Assembly (NCBI GenBank): GCA_040902895.1
Contig: JBBDWL010000081.1
Location: 37,660-101,659 of the forward strand
Length of the DNA stretch: 64,000 nt
Reading direction: 5' to 3'
From: Vicinamibacterales bacterium
Lineage (GTDB): Bacteria; Acidobacteriota; Vicinamibacteria; Vicinamibacterales; SCN-69-37
A program made the translations under genes and the position numbers. Shown here piece by piece: positions 44,361 to 53,579 of this stretch (its first letter is position 1; every line of letters begins with the position of its first letter). The notes under the pieces are model-generated. The model was not told the DNA's origin. It made no database searches and worked only from the letters and a program-made list of their open reading frames with translations.

Positions 44361-44723
44361 GTGTCTGATCTGTCCGACCGCGTGGCCGCACTGTTGCCGC
44401 TCCCGCCGCGCGATTACCTGATTCTCTTCGCGCTTGTCGACGGAGGACGCCACGGGCACGGCATCCTCAAGGCGCTCGAAGCGCAGGCTGGCAGCGTCAT
44501 GATCGATCCCGCCAATCTCTATCGCACACTGCGCAAGATGGACCGCGACGGCCTCATCGTCGAAGAGCTTCGCGGCTCGCGCCGCGCCGAGAGCCGCCGG
44601 CGTGTGTATTCGCTGACGCCACTCGGCCGCGCTGCACTGAAGGCGGAAGCGGCGCGTATGGCGCTGCTGACCGACAGTGCGCGCGGCCGCAAGCTCGTGC
44701 CCTCGTCATCGGGCATCAAATGA
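44361..44723 (+). CDS. PadR-family transcriptional regulator
   Basis: LILFALVDGGRHGHGILKALE...NLYRTLRKMDRDGLI...RRVYSLTPLGRAAL. Start moved to the SD-preceded GTG 44361 (120 aa). Confidence 0.8.
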   Translation: MSDLSDRVAALLPLPPRDYLILFALVDGGRHGHGILKALEAQAGSVMIDPANLYRTLRKMDRDGLIVEELRGSRRAESRRRVYSLTPLGRAALKAEAARMALLTDSARGRKLVPSSSGIK

Positions 44724-47395
44724 CGAGACTCGACGGCCGCTCGCTGCTGTGGCGCACGTGCCGGACGTTCTATCGCGCGTGGCTCTGGTGGTATCCGCCC
44801 GCATTCAGACGTGAGCACGGCGACGAGGCCGCCCGATTGTTCGCCGACGTCTGCGCCGCAGACGGGCCGCGCGCCCGCGCGCGTCGTGTGACGCGGGCCC
44901 TCTTCTGTGTCCCGCGCGACGGTCTACGGGAACGCCGGGCCACCGCGTGGCACCATGCAGCGCCGCGCAGTCTGCGGCTCGACGGACTCGCACGCGACCT
45001 GGCCGGCGCGGTCCGATCAGTTCGCCGCCGCCCGGGATTGATGGCAGCTGTCGTCGCAACGCTCGCGCTCGGAATCGGTGCCAACACGGCGATGTTCAGC
45101 GTGGCCGACGCGCTGCTGCTGCGATTCCTGCCGTATCCGGACGCGGATCGTGTGGTCTATCTGCGCGTCCGATCGCAGGCTACCGGACGGCTTCGGGATC
45201 CTACGTCCGCGGAGCTTCATCGGTGGAGAGAACACCTGCAGTCGTTCGAGCGGATCGAAGGACGCAGCTGGAAATCCGTGCTGCTCACCGGCGATGCCGG
45301 CGCGACACGAGTCCGGATGCTTCAGATCACATCCGGATTTCTCGACGCCCTGCGTGTCGTACCGTTGGCGGGTCGATTGCTGCACCCGTCCGATAGCGCG
45401 GCTGGCGCTCCTCCGGTCGTCCTCCTGTCCAAAAGTCTCTGGATGAGCCGCTACGGCAAGGATTCGGCTGTCCTCGGCTCAACGCTCGTCATCGACGGCG
45501 CTCCGCATCTCGTCGTAGGGGTGATCGACGATGTTCGGTCGGACACCCCCGGTCTTCGCATCAATCTGTATGCGCCGTTGCCGCGGAATGGAGCTGCCGC
45601 CGACGCCGTCCCGGCGCGCGGCATTGCGTGGCTGCGGCCCGGCGTGTCGGTCGAGGCCGCGCAGCAGGAAACCGGCGTTGTGACTGCGGCTGTTGGCACG
45701 GACGGACGGCGCGAGCATGGTGCAGTCGAAACGCCGCGAAACATTTTTCTCCAGGTTGCGGAGTTTCGCAATGTCACAGTCGCGCTGCTCGCCGCGACAT
45801 TCCTGCTGTTCGCGGTCGCATGGGTAAACGTTGCTGCCATGCTGCTCGCGGCTGCCCGCGCGCGGAGCGGTGAGCTTGCGTTGCGCGGCGCGCTTGGCGC
45901 GAGCCGTGCCCGGCTCGTGCAAGGATTGCTGCTCGAGAGCCTCGTGCTATCGCTGATCGGATGTGCGGCCGGGCTGCTCATTGCCAGGGCCGCGATCGGC
46001 GCGTTCGCGATGCTAGACCCCGCGCCGCAGCTGTCGGCTGGCCTCGAGGCGGCACGCATCGATTGGCGGGTGCTGGCGTATGCGGCGCTTCTTTCGCTGG
46101 GCACCGCACTTGCCGTCGGCGGATGGGCCGCCTTCCGAAGCTCGGGACCGTCGCTCACCGCCGTGCTGCACGAATCGGGCAACCCGCGCGCCGGCCGCCG
46201 ACGCACGAGCGGCCTGTTCATTGCCGCGCAGACGGCGCTCTCCCTTGTTTTGATGGTTGCGGCCGGTTTAACGGGTCGTGCGTTCCTCACGATGCGGCTC
46301 GCGGAACCAGGTTTCGCGGCGGACCGCATCCTTTTCGTGCGCCTCTCGCTTCCTGAAGACGCGTACGCCACACCGGCCGGGCGCGAAGCGTTCTACACCG
46401 AGTTGATCGATGGCGCGAAAAGCCTTCCGGGTGTCGTCGGGGCCGGCCTTGGATACGGCGCCGTTCCGCCGAGCGACTTCAACGTGATCGGAGCGCTGCG
46501 GGTCGAGGACGGTGGCGCCCCTCGATCCGACTTCAACGTCGAGACCAGCTATGTCGCGCCGTCACACTTCGAGCTGATGGGCATTCCGCTGGTCGCGGGC
46601 CGGCCGTTTGACGAGTTCGACGGCCGGCCGGCCGGTGCCGCGGAGACGCCCGCCATCGTCAGTCGCGCCCTCGCGCAGCATCTGTGGCCGGATCGGCATC
46701 CGGTCGGCAGCGGCTTCGAAGTCGCGAGCCCGCGCCGGACGCATCGGTATCGCGTCGTGGGCGTGGCCGCCGACGTCCGAGGGCAGGATCTGGAATGGCT
46801 GGACCATCCGAGCCGCGGGTGGCACCTCTATCTGCCCCTTCCCGAAAACCGCAGGTACACGGAAGTCATCCTTCGGGTTGCCGACGGCCAGCCGCTGCCG
46901 GTTGCCGATCTCAGGGCGCTCGTTCGCCGCATCGATCCGCGCGTGCCGGCCGACGATGAGCTCATGAGCGGCGCGGCAAGTCTGTTTGGGAAGACGCGTC
47001 GAGCGCGGTTTCGTGCCGTCCTGTTCGGCACGTTCGCGATCTCCGCATTGACGCTCTGCGCGCTCGGCATCGCCGCCGTCGTCGGACACCAGGTGAGCCG
47101 CCGAACGCGCGAAGTCGGCGTGCGCATCGCTCTGGGAGCGCGACCCGATCAGGTGCGGCGACTCATCGTGCGACAGGGACTCGTGCCGGTTGCCGGCGGG
47201 ATGGCTGCGGGCCTCGTCGCGGCGGTCGGCGCAGCCCGCGCACTGCGAAGTTTCCTCCCGGGTGTGAGTCCCGCCGATTTCGCAACTCTCGCGATCGTCC
47301 TGGCTGTAATCTCGGCAGTAGTGCTCGTAGCGATCTGGGTGCCGGTTCGCCGCGCCACCCGCATCGACCCGATCGCCGCGCTGCGCGCGGACTGA
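44720..47395 (+). CDS. Duplicated FtsX/MacB-type ABC permease (ADOP-type)
   Basis: 891 aa with two MacB-periplasmic + FtsX modules. The second ends ...REVGVRIALGARPDQVRRLIVRQG...DPIAALRAD. Its ATG overlaps the padR stop. Confidence 0.8.
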   Translation: MTRLDGRSLLWRTCRTFYRAWLWWYPPAFRREHGDEAARLFADVCAADGPRARARRVTRALFCVPRDGLRERRATAWHHAAPRSLRLDGLARDLAGAVRSVRRRPGLMAAVVATLALGIGANTAMFSVADALLLRFLPYPDADRVVYLRVRSQATGRLRDPTSAELHRWREHLQSFERIEGRSWKSVLLTGDAGATRVRMLQITSGFLDALRVVPLAGRLLHPSDSAAGAPPVVLLSKSLWMSRYGKDSAVLGSTLVIDGAPHLVVGVIDDVRSDTPGLRINLYAPLPRNGAAADAVPARGIAWLRPGVSVEAAQQETGVVTAAVGTDGRREHGAVETPRNIFLQVAEFRNVTVALLAATFLLFAVAWVNVAAMLLAAARARSGELALRGALGASRARLVQGLLLESLVLSLIGCAAGLLIARAAIGAFAMLDPAPQLSAGLEAARIDWRVLAYAALLSLGTALAVGGWAAFRSSGPSLTAVLHESGNPRAGRRRTSGLFIAAQTALSLVLMVAAGLTGRAFLTMRLAEPGFAADRILFVRLSLPEDAYATPAGREAFYTELIDGAKSLPGVVGAGLGYGAVPPSDFNVIGALRVEDGGAPRSDFNVETSYVAPSHFELMGIPLVAGRPFDEFDGRPAGAAETPAIVSRALAQHLWPDRHPVGSGFEVASPRRTHRYRVVGVAADVRGQDLEWLDHPSRGWHLYLPLPENRRYTEVILRVADGQPLPVADLRALVRRIDPRVPADDELMSGAASLFGKTRRARFRAVLFGTFAISALTLCALGIAAVVGHQVSRRTREVGVRIALGARPDQVRRLIVRQGLVPVAGGMAAGLVAAVGAARALRSFLPGVSPADFATLAIVLAVISAVVLVAIWVPVRRATRIDPIAALRAD

Positions 47396-47430
47396 CCTCG
47401 TCGAACATCAGAGCCGGCGCGGCGTGCCGT

Positions 47431-49320
47431 TTGATAAACTTGCGCGCTGTGCCATCCTCCAAGCGCCCTTCTATTACTGTCCTGAAGAATCTCGCCACGC
47501 AACTGCGCATCGACTCGGTGCGATCGACGACCGCCGCCGGCAGCGGACATCCGACGACGTGCATGTCGGCGGCCGAGATTGTGGCCACGCTGTTTTTCGC
47601 CGAGATGCGGTACGACCCGCTGAATCCGCGGCACCCGGGCGCCGATCGGTTCGTGCTGTCGAAAGGACACGCCGCGCCGATTCTGTACGCGGCCTGGGCC
47701 GCGGCCGGCCTCTTTCCGCGCGAGCAGGTGATGGACCTGCGCAAGATCGAGTCGGACCTCGAGGGACATCCGACGCCGCGCCTGTCGTTCGTCGACGTGG
47801 CGACCGGCTCGCTCGGACAGGGCATCTGCGCCGCCATCGGCACGGCCCTCAACGCGCGGCGCATCGGATCCGCCTATCGCACCTACGTGCTCGTCGGCGA
47901 CGGCGAGAGCGCCGAAGGATCGGTCTGGGAAGCGGCGCAGGCCGGCGCGTTTCACAAACTCGACAATCTCTGCGCGATCACCGACGTCAACGCCTACGGG
48001 CAGAGCCGCGCCACGCAGTGGCGGCACGACCTCGAGGCGTTCGCGACGCGATGGCGCGCGTTCGGATGGCACACGATCACCGTCGACGGACACGATGTCG
48101 AGGCGCTGCTCGGCGCCTATGACGCGGCGCGCGCCACGAAAGGGCGGCCGACGATGATTGTGGCGAAGACGTTCAAGGGGCAGGGCGTCGAGAGCGTCGC
48201 GGGCAAGGATGGGTGGCACGGCAAGGCGCTGAAGTCGGGCGCGGAGCTCGACGCGGCGATCCGGGAGCTCGAGTCGCAGTACGTGAAGACAGACGATCCG
48301 TCGCCGGTGATTCCGAAGCCGGCGGACGTGAAAGCCGAGCCTGTCGTCGATCACATGAAGGCCATGCCGGCGCCGGCCTACAAGCTGGGCGATCTGGTTG
48401 CCACCCGCGAGGCCTATGGCACCGCGCTGGCGGCGCTCGGAAAGATCGATGCGCGCGTCGTGGCGCTCGACGCCGACGTCGGCAACTCGACGTTCAGCGA
48501 TCGCTTCGAGAAACAGTCTCCGGAGCGGTTCTATCAGATGTTCATCGCCGAGCAGGTGATGGTGGGCGCCGCGATGGGCCTCGCCGCGCGCGGCGCGATT
48601 CCGTTCCCGTCGAGTTTCGCGTGCTTCCTCTATCGCGCGGCCGACTTCGTGCGCATGGCGGGCATCTCGTTCTCGAACATGAAGCTCGCCGGATCGCATG
48701 CAGGCGTCTCGATTGGCGAAGACGGCCCCTCGCAGATGGCGCTCGAGGACCTCGGCATGTTCCGGGCGGTGCCGGGCAGCACCGTGCTCTATCCGTGCGA
48801 TGCGGTGAGCGGCGAGCGCCTGGTCGCGCTGGCGGCCGCGACTGAGGGGCTCTGCTACATCCGCACCTCGCGCCCGAAGACGCCGGTCATCTATGAGGCG
48901 AGCGAGGAGTTCACCGCCGGCGGATCGAAGACCTTGCGCTGGACGCCGCACGACGCCGTCACCGTCGTGGCGGCCGGCGTGACGGTGTTCGAGGCGCTGA
49001 AGGCGCACGATCTGCTCGCCGCCGAGGGCGTGGCGATTCGCGTCATCGATGCGTACAGCGTGAAGCCGATCGACAAAGAGACGCTGGTGGCGTCAGCGCG
49101 CGTGACCGGCGGCCGGATCATCAGTGTGGAAGACCATTACCCGCAGGGCGGACTTGGGGACGCCGTGGCCGAGGCGGTGGCCGACGCCGGCTTCACCGTC
49201 GAGCGCCTGGCGGTGCGCGAAATCCCCCGCAGCGGCCCGCCCGACGAACTGCTCGATCGCTACGGCATCTCGGCCCGGGCGATCGTGGAGGCAGTCGCGC
49301 GCGTAACCCGTCGGGCATGA
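47431..49320 (+). CDS. tkt: Transketolase
   Basis: GSGHPTT, ThDP block GDGESAEGSVWEA, FIAEQ pyrimidine-binding domain and a C-terminal domain. Non-ATG start, uncertain. Confidence 0.9.
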   Translation: MINLRAVPSSKRPSITVLKNLATQLRIDSVRSTTAAGSGHPTTCMSAAEIVATLFFAEMRYDPLNPRHPGADRFVLSKGHAAPILYAAWAAAGLFPREQVMDLRKIESDLEGHPTPRLSFVDVATGSLGQGICAAIGTALNARRIGSAYRTYVLVGDGESAEGSVWEAAQAGAFHKLDNLCAITDVNAYGQSRATQWRHDLEAFATRWRAFGWHTITVDGHDVEALLGAYDAARATKGRPTMIVAKTFKGQGVESVAGKDGWHGKALKSGAELDAAIRELESQYVKTDDPSPVIPKPADVKAEPVVDHMKAMPAPAYKLGDLVATREAYGTALAALGKIDARVVALDADVGNSTFSDRFEKQSPERFYQMFIAEQVMVGAAMGLAARGAIPFPSSFACFLYRAADFVRMAGISFSNMKLAGSHAGVSIGEDGPSQMALEDLGMFRAVPGSTVLYPCDAVSGERLVALAAATEGLCYIRTSRPKTPVIYEASEEFTAGGSKTLRWTPHDAVTVVAAGVTVFEALKAHDLLAAEGVAIRVIDAYSVKPIDKETLVASARVTGGRIISVEDHYPQGGLGDAVAEAVADAGFTVERLAVREIPRSGPPDELLDRYGISARAIVEAVARVTRRA

Positions 49321-49345
49321 GCATTGCTCAGTACTCGCTGGACCG

Positions 49346-50611
49346 ATGCGGCTGAGCTTCTCATTACTAATAGCGGCACTCACAGCCACGTTGTTCGTGC
49401 CCCGTGCGGCCGAGGCCCAGACCGTACCCGCGGTGGTCGCGGCGCAACCCGAACCGCCCGACGCCACGCGCGAAGAACTGCTGCGCAGGGCCCGCGAGGC
49501 CAAAAAAGACATCGTTCGTCCTCCCGAGCCAACGCAGCTCGAAAAACTGATCGCGCGCATCGAGCCCTACGTCATGACGCCGCCCGTGCCTGGCATGGCG
49601 TTCCGCCGCGGTTTCTACCCGAAATTCGGCAGTGTGGCGCCCGGCGGGGGATGGGCGGTGGGCCCTGCCTTCCGGTATGAGGGTCTGGCGCGCGGCCACG
49701 TCGACGCCGACGTTTTCGCGCGCATGTCGTGGAAACGCTATTGGCAGGTCGAGGGCCGGCTGCGCATGCCGCGGCTCAACGACGCGCACACCGGCGTTGG
49801 CGTCTTTGGCCGCATCCGCGACATGCCGCAGGAGGACTTCTTCGGCTTTGGTCCCGACTCGGTCCGCGATGACCGCGTGAGCTTCGCGCTCCGCGAGGTC
49901 GCGGCGGGCGCGTTTGCCGATCATCGCATCGGCTCGCTGACGCTGCACGCCGGCGCCGACTTCGTGCGGCCGACAACGCGCGAAGGCGCCGACAAGAACT
50001 ATCCATCCATCGAGCAGCGCTTCGACATCACCACGATTCCGGGATTCGTCGACGAGCCCGATTTCGTCGTGCTGCGCGGCGGCGCCGCGTTCGATCGCAC
50101 CGACGAACCTGGCAACCCGCGGCGCGGGCCGCAGCATCGGGTGGAATTCTCGCGCTGGACATCGCGCGGCGGGGCGCCGTTGAGCTTCAGCGCGGTCACC
50201 GCCGATCTTCGGCAGTTCCTGTCATTCCTGAACCATACGCGCGTGATCGCGTTGCGCGGCGCCCTCTGGCACACGGCGGCAAGCGGCGGGGCCGACGTGC
50301 CGCTCTATTACCAGCCGGTGCTCGGCGGCGGACGCGCGCTGCGCGGCTATCGCGAGTTCCGCTTCCGCGACCGATCGGCGCTGCTGCTGCAGGCCGAATA
50401 TCGCTATCAGCTTTTTGCCGGCGCCGACGGCGTCATGTTTTACGAAGCGGGCACGGTCGGGCCGTCGCTGGGCGATCTCGGATCGCTCAAGACCGACTAT
50501 GGGCTGGGTCTTCGCGTTGGCAGCGGCCAGGGCGTGTTTCTGCGGATCGAGGCGGCGTTCGGCACACCCGAGAGCCCGCGCGTCTACATCAAATTCAGCA
50601 ATGCGTTTTAG
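49346..50611 (+). CDS. Omp85/bacterial-surface-antigen-type outer-membrane barrel without obvious POTRA array
   Basis: Signal MRLSFSLLIAALTATLFVPRAAEAQ. C-terminal RGYREFRFRD...YGLGLRVG...FLRIEAAFG...YIKFSNAF with terminal Phe. Confidence 0.65.
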   Translation: MRLSFSLLIAALTATLFVPRAAEAQTVPAVVAAQPEPPDATREELLRRAREAKKDIVRPPEPTQLEKLIARIEPYVMTPPVPGMAFRRGFYPKFGSVAPGGGWAVGPAFRYEGLARGHVDADVFARMSWKRYWQVEGRLRMPRLNDAHTGVGVFGRIRDMPQEDFFGFGPDSVRDDRVSFALREVAAGAFADHRIGSLTLHAGADFVRPTTREGADKNYPSIEQRFDITTIPGFVDEPDFVVLRGGAAFDRTDEPGNPRRGPQHRVEFSRWTSRGGAPLSFSAVTADLRQFLSFLNHTRVIALRGALWHTAASGGADVPLYYQPVLGGGRALRGYREFRFRDRSALLLQAEYRYQLFAGADGVMFYEAGTVGPSLGDLGSLKTDYGLGLRVGSGQGVFLRIEAAFGTPESPRVYIKFSNAF

Positions 50612-52283
50612 GAGATGGACGTCACTGCCGGCCGGTGCGGCGCTCGCCGCCGCGATCCTCGCGCTGTCGACGCTTGTGGGCGCCGCGCAGCGCAGCGGCC
50701 CGCTCTTCAGGCCCGACGATCCGCTCGCCGCCGACAACGATCGCGCCGTGGACGTCGGCAAGCTCGAAGAGCGCGACGACAGCGACATCTACGATTTTAT
50801 CGAGCACACCTTCCTCGGGCCCGGCAGCAGCGATGACATCCGCGCGCTCAACGTGAACACGATCGACGAAGTGCCCGACTCGAGCTGGTTTGCCAACCGG
50901 TACGCGCGCGGGTTGCCGTCCGGTGAAGTGCTGGCCCGCGGTCACGACACGCTCGACTCGCTCGACATCACGGGATGGCCTGTCTCGGAAGGCAAGGGAG
51001 AGGGCGCGACGCCAGGATTCAGAGTGCGCGGTCCTGACGGCGCCGACTATCAGCTGAAGTTCGATCCCGAATCGAACCCCGAGATGACGACCGGCGCGGA
51101 GGTGATTGGCACCGGTTTCTATCACGCCTTCGGCTACAACGTTGTCGAGATGTACCTGGTGGAGTTCGACGGCGACAACTACACCATCCTGCCGGGTGCG
51201 ACGATCAGCTTCCAGGGAGGCAAAGAGCGATCGCTTACGCGAGTCGACGTCGACGGAGTGCTCGAGATATCGGCGCGGCTGCCGAATCGCCGCTATCGTG
51301 CCGTTGCGCGGAAGATGCCCAAAGGCGACGGCATCGGCACCTTCCGGTACTACGGCACGCGTCCCGACGACCCGAACGACATCTTTCCGCACGAGCATCG
51401 CCGCGAGCTGCGCGCCGCCCGCGTCTTCGCGGCATGGCTCGACCACGACGACTCGCGCGGCATCAACTCGAAGGACATCGTCGTGCAGGAAGGCGGCCGC
51501 CGGTACGTCAAGCATTTTATGTACGACTTCAACTCGACGCTCGGCGCGGGCACGCGCGCGCCGCAGACCCCGAGACATGGCAACGAGTATCAGTTCGACA
51601 TAGACCAGGCGCTCAAAACGCTGGTGACGTTCGGCTTTTACCTCAAACCCTGGGCGAGGATTGAGTACCCTGACGCCCCGCCGGCCGTCGGCAACTTCGA
51701 GAGCCGCTTTTTCAATCCGGTGAGATGGAAGCCGAACTATCCGCTGCCGGCATTCGATCGCATGCGGCCTGAAGACGCGTTCTGGGCCGCGCGGATCATC
51801 GCGCGATTCAATGAGCCGGCGGTGCGGGCGATTGTGGGCAGAGCGCGATACACAGACCCCGCCGCGACCGACCACATCGTTCGCACGCTGATGGCGCGCC
51901 GCGACAAGATTCTGCGCGTGTGGCTGAACGGCGTGATGCCGATCGTGAGCCCCGCGCTCGGGTCATCGGGACTTACGTTCAGGAACGCCGCGGTTGATGC
52001 TGGAGTGGCGGCCGCGCCAGCCGCTTATCAGATCACCTGGTATGCCTTTGACAACGCGACCGGCGCGCATCGGCGCGCTGGAGAGACCGTCAGCACGCCC
52101 GCGGCGCAGCCGGCGGCGTTGCCGCCCGGACTTGCGGGCGAGGCATTCGTGATGGCCGCCGTCTCGGCTGATGGCGCCGATCCCAACTGGCGCAAACCCG
52201 CGCGCGTGTACTTCCGCAAGCAGGGCACCGGCTGGCAGCTGGTCGGCCTCGAGCGCGATCACACGGAGCTGCCAGGCCAATAG
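50601..52283 (+). CDS. Secreted hypothetical protein with protein-kinase-like catalytic signature
   Basis: Signal MRFRRWTSLPAGAALAAAILALSTLVGA. ADYQLKF (beta3 Lys-like), AWLDHDDSRGINSKDIVV (HxDxxxxN), then YDFNSTLG 20 residues later. Its ATG overlaps the end of the Omp85 gene. Confidence 0.5.
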   Translation: MRFRRWTSLPAGAALAAAILALSTLVGAAQRSGPLFRPDDPLAADNDRAVDVGKLEERDDSDIYDFIEHTFLGPGSSDDIRALNVNTIDEVPDSSWFANRYARGLPSGEVLARGHDTLDSLDITGWPVSEGKGEGATPGFRVRGPDGADYQLKFDPESNPEMTTGAEVIGTGFYHAFGYNVVEMYLVEFDGDNYTILPGATISFQGGKERSLTRVDVDGVLEISARLPNRRYRAVARKMPKGDGIGTFRYYGTRPDDPNDIFPHEHRRELRAARVFAAWLDHDDSRGINSKDIVVQEGGRRYVKHFMYDFNSTLGAGTRAPQTPRHGNEYQFDIDQALKTLVTFGFYLKPWARIEYPDAPPAVGNFESRFFNPVRWKPNYPLPAFDRMRPEDAFWAARIIARFNEPAVRAIVGRARYTDPAATDHIVRTLMARRDKILRVWLNGVMPIVSPALGSSGLTFRNAAVDAGVAAAPAAYQITWYAFDNATGAHRRAGETVSTPAAQPAALPPGLAGEAFVMAAVSADGADPNWRKPARVYFRKQGTGWQLVGLERDHTELPGQ

Positions 52284-52287
52284 CAGA

Positions 52288-52327
52288 TCACCAAATCACC
52301 AGATCACCAAATCACCAAATCCATCAT
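52288..52327. repeat. Intergenic 8-bp tandem repeat (atcaccaa/atcaccag) x4.5
   Basis: Read directly: atcaccaa atcaccag atcaccaa atcaccaa atccatca. About 70 nt upstream of the receiver gene. Confidence 0.9.
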
Positions 52328-52397
52328 CCCTATCGCTGAGCTTGCCTTCCGACCGCCTTCTCCTGTTGAATACCTGCGTTTCCGGAGGCTCAACTCG

Positions 52398-52784
52398 ATG
52401 CGGCTTCGAAACAGAACCAGCCCCGTCGTGCTCGTCGTCGAGGACGATGCGCAGCTGCGGCAGCTGGCGGCGGACACGCTCGCGTGCAGCGGGTATGAGG
52501 TTGTGGAGGCTCGTGATGGGCGTGAAGCGATCGACCAGCTGCAGGTGCATGCGCCCGATCTCGTGCTGCTCGATCTGAACATGCCCGTCATGGATGGCTG
52601 GCAGTTCCGCGCGGAGCAGCGGCGCCTGCCGGAGCGGCGGCTCGCGACGATACCCGTCGTGCTGCTGACGGCCGTCGAGGCGGCCCAGGGTCACGCGACC
52701 CTCTTGCAGGCGGCAGGCCTGGTCACCAAGCCCTTCGATCCCGACACGCTGCTCAACACGGTCCAGAGCGCGCTGCGCCACTGA
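52398..52784 (+). CDS. Single-domain response regulator (CheY-like receiver)
   Basis: VLVVEDD...DLVLLDLNMPVMDG...PVVLLTA...KPF. GGAGG sits 9 nt upstream. Confidence 0.85.
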   Translation: MRLRNRTSPVVLVVEDDAQLRQLAADTLACSGYEVVEARDGREAIDQLQVHAPDLVLLDLNMPVMDGWQFRAEQRRLPERRLATIPVVLLTAVEAAQGHATLLQAAGLVTKPFDPDTLLNTVQSALRH

Positions 52785-52798
52785 CGGGCGCGTTTCAA

Positions 52799-53554
52799 TT
52801 ACTTCGGCGCGACCGGTGGCAATTCGCGCTTATGCGCGCTCGTGTTCATCAGATGCCGGATGCGCGCGGCGGTTTCGGCCGCGACGCTTTCGGGTCCCGA
52901 CTCCAGGTACTTTTCGAGATCCTCGTACGTGAAGCCCATCTCGCTCTCGTCGGTTTGGCCCGCCCAGAGGCCCGCTGACGGCGGCTTGTCGATGAGGCGC
53001 GGCGGCACGCCCAGCTCGCGCGCGAGCGCGCGCACTTCGCTTTTCACCAGCGCGCCGATCGGCAGCAGATCGACGCCGCCGTCTCCATACTTGGTGTAGT
53101 AGCCGATGGCGATCTCGCTGCGGTTGCCGGTGCCCGTCACCAGGAACCCAAGCGACGTCCCAATCGTGTAAAGCGTCGTCATCCGCAGGCGCGGTTTGAT
53201 GTTGGCAAGCGCGAGCTTCGTCCGCAGCGGATCCGGCGCGAAGCCGTGGCCGCGCTCGGCTGCGGTCACCGCCGTAATGTCCATCGCCAGCGCGTCGTAG
53301 GAGGCCGACAGATCCACGCGCACCGTCGGCAGCTTGCACGCTTCCGCCGCCAGCACCGCGTCGAGCTCGTCTTCGGCGTGGCTGTGGCACGGCATGATGA
53401 CGCCGAGCACCTGGCCGGGCATCGCCAGCTGACAGAGCCGCGCGACGACCGCGGAATCCACGCCGCCGCTCATGCCGAGAATGAATCCGCGCGCGCCGGC
53501 TTCATTCGCGCGCTCGCGCAGCCATGCCGCAATGCGTTCCGCTCGCTTCTCCAT
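52799..53554 (-). CDS. nadE: Ammonia-dependent NAD+ synthetase
   Basis: PP-loop GMSGGVDSAV, TGNRSE, YTKYGDGG, GQTDESEMGFTY. Start at MEKRAERI (ATG 53554). Confidence 0.85.
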   Translation of the reverse strand: MEKRAERIAAWLRERANEAGARGFILGMSGGVDSAVVARLCQLAMPGQVLGVIMPCHSHAEDELDAVLAAEACKLPTVRVDLSASYDALAMDITAVTAAERGHGFAPDPLRTKLALANIKPRLRMTTLYTIGTSLGFLVTGTGNRSEIAIGYYTKYGDGGVDLLPIGALVKSEVRALARELGVPPRLIDKPPSAGLWAGQTDESEMGFTYEDLEKYLESGPESVAAETAARIRHLMNTSAHKRELPPVAPK

Positions 53555-53579
53555 TACGCCGCTATGCTCCTCGATCTGA

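Noticed and set aside
47149-49008. Very long antisense ORFs. Examples are the 619 aa opposite transketolase, 31739-33493 (584 aa), 38156-40078 (640 aa), 25418-26470, 5423-6595, 209-1150 and 27318-28436.
   Set aside because: Their translations are dominated by R/A/G/P runs, as expected for off-frame or antisense reading of high-GC coding DNA. They carry no recognisable motifs, and each is fully shadowed by an ORF with clear family signatures.
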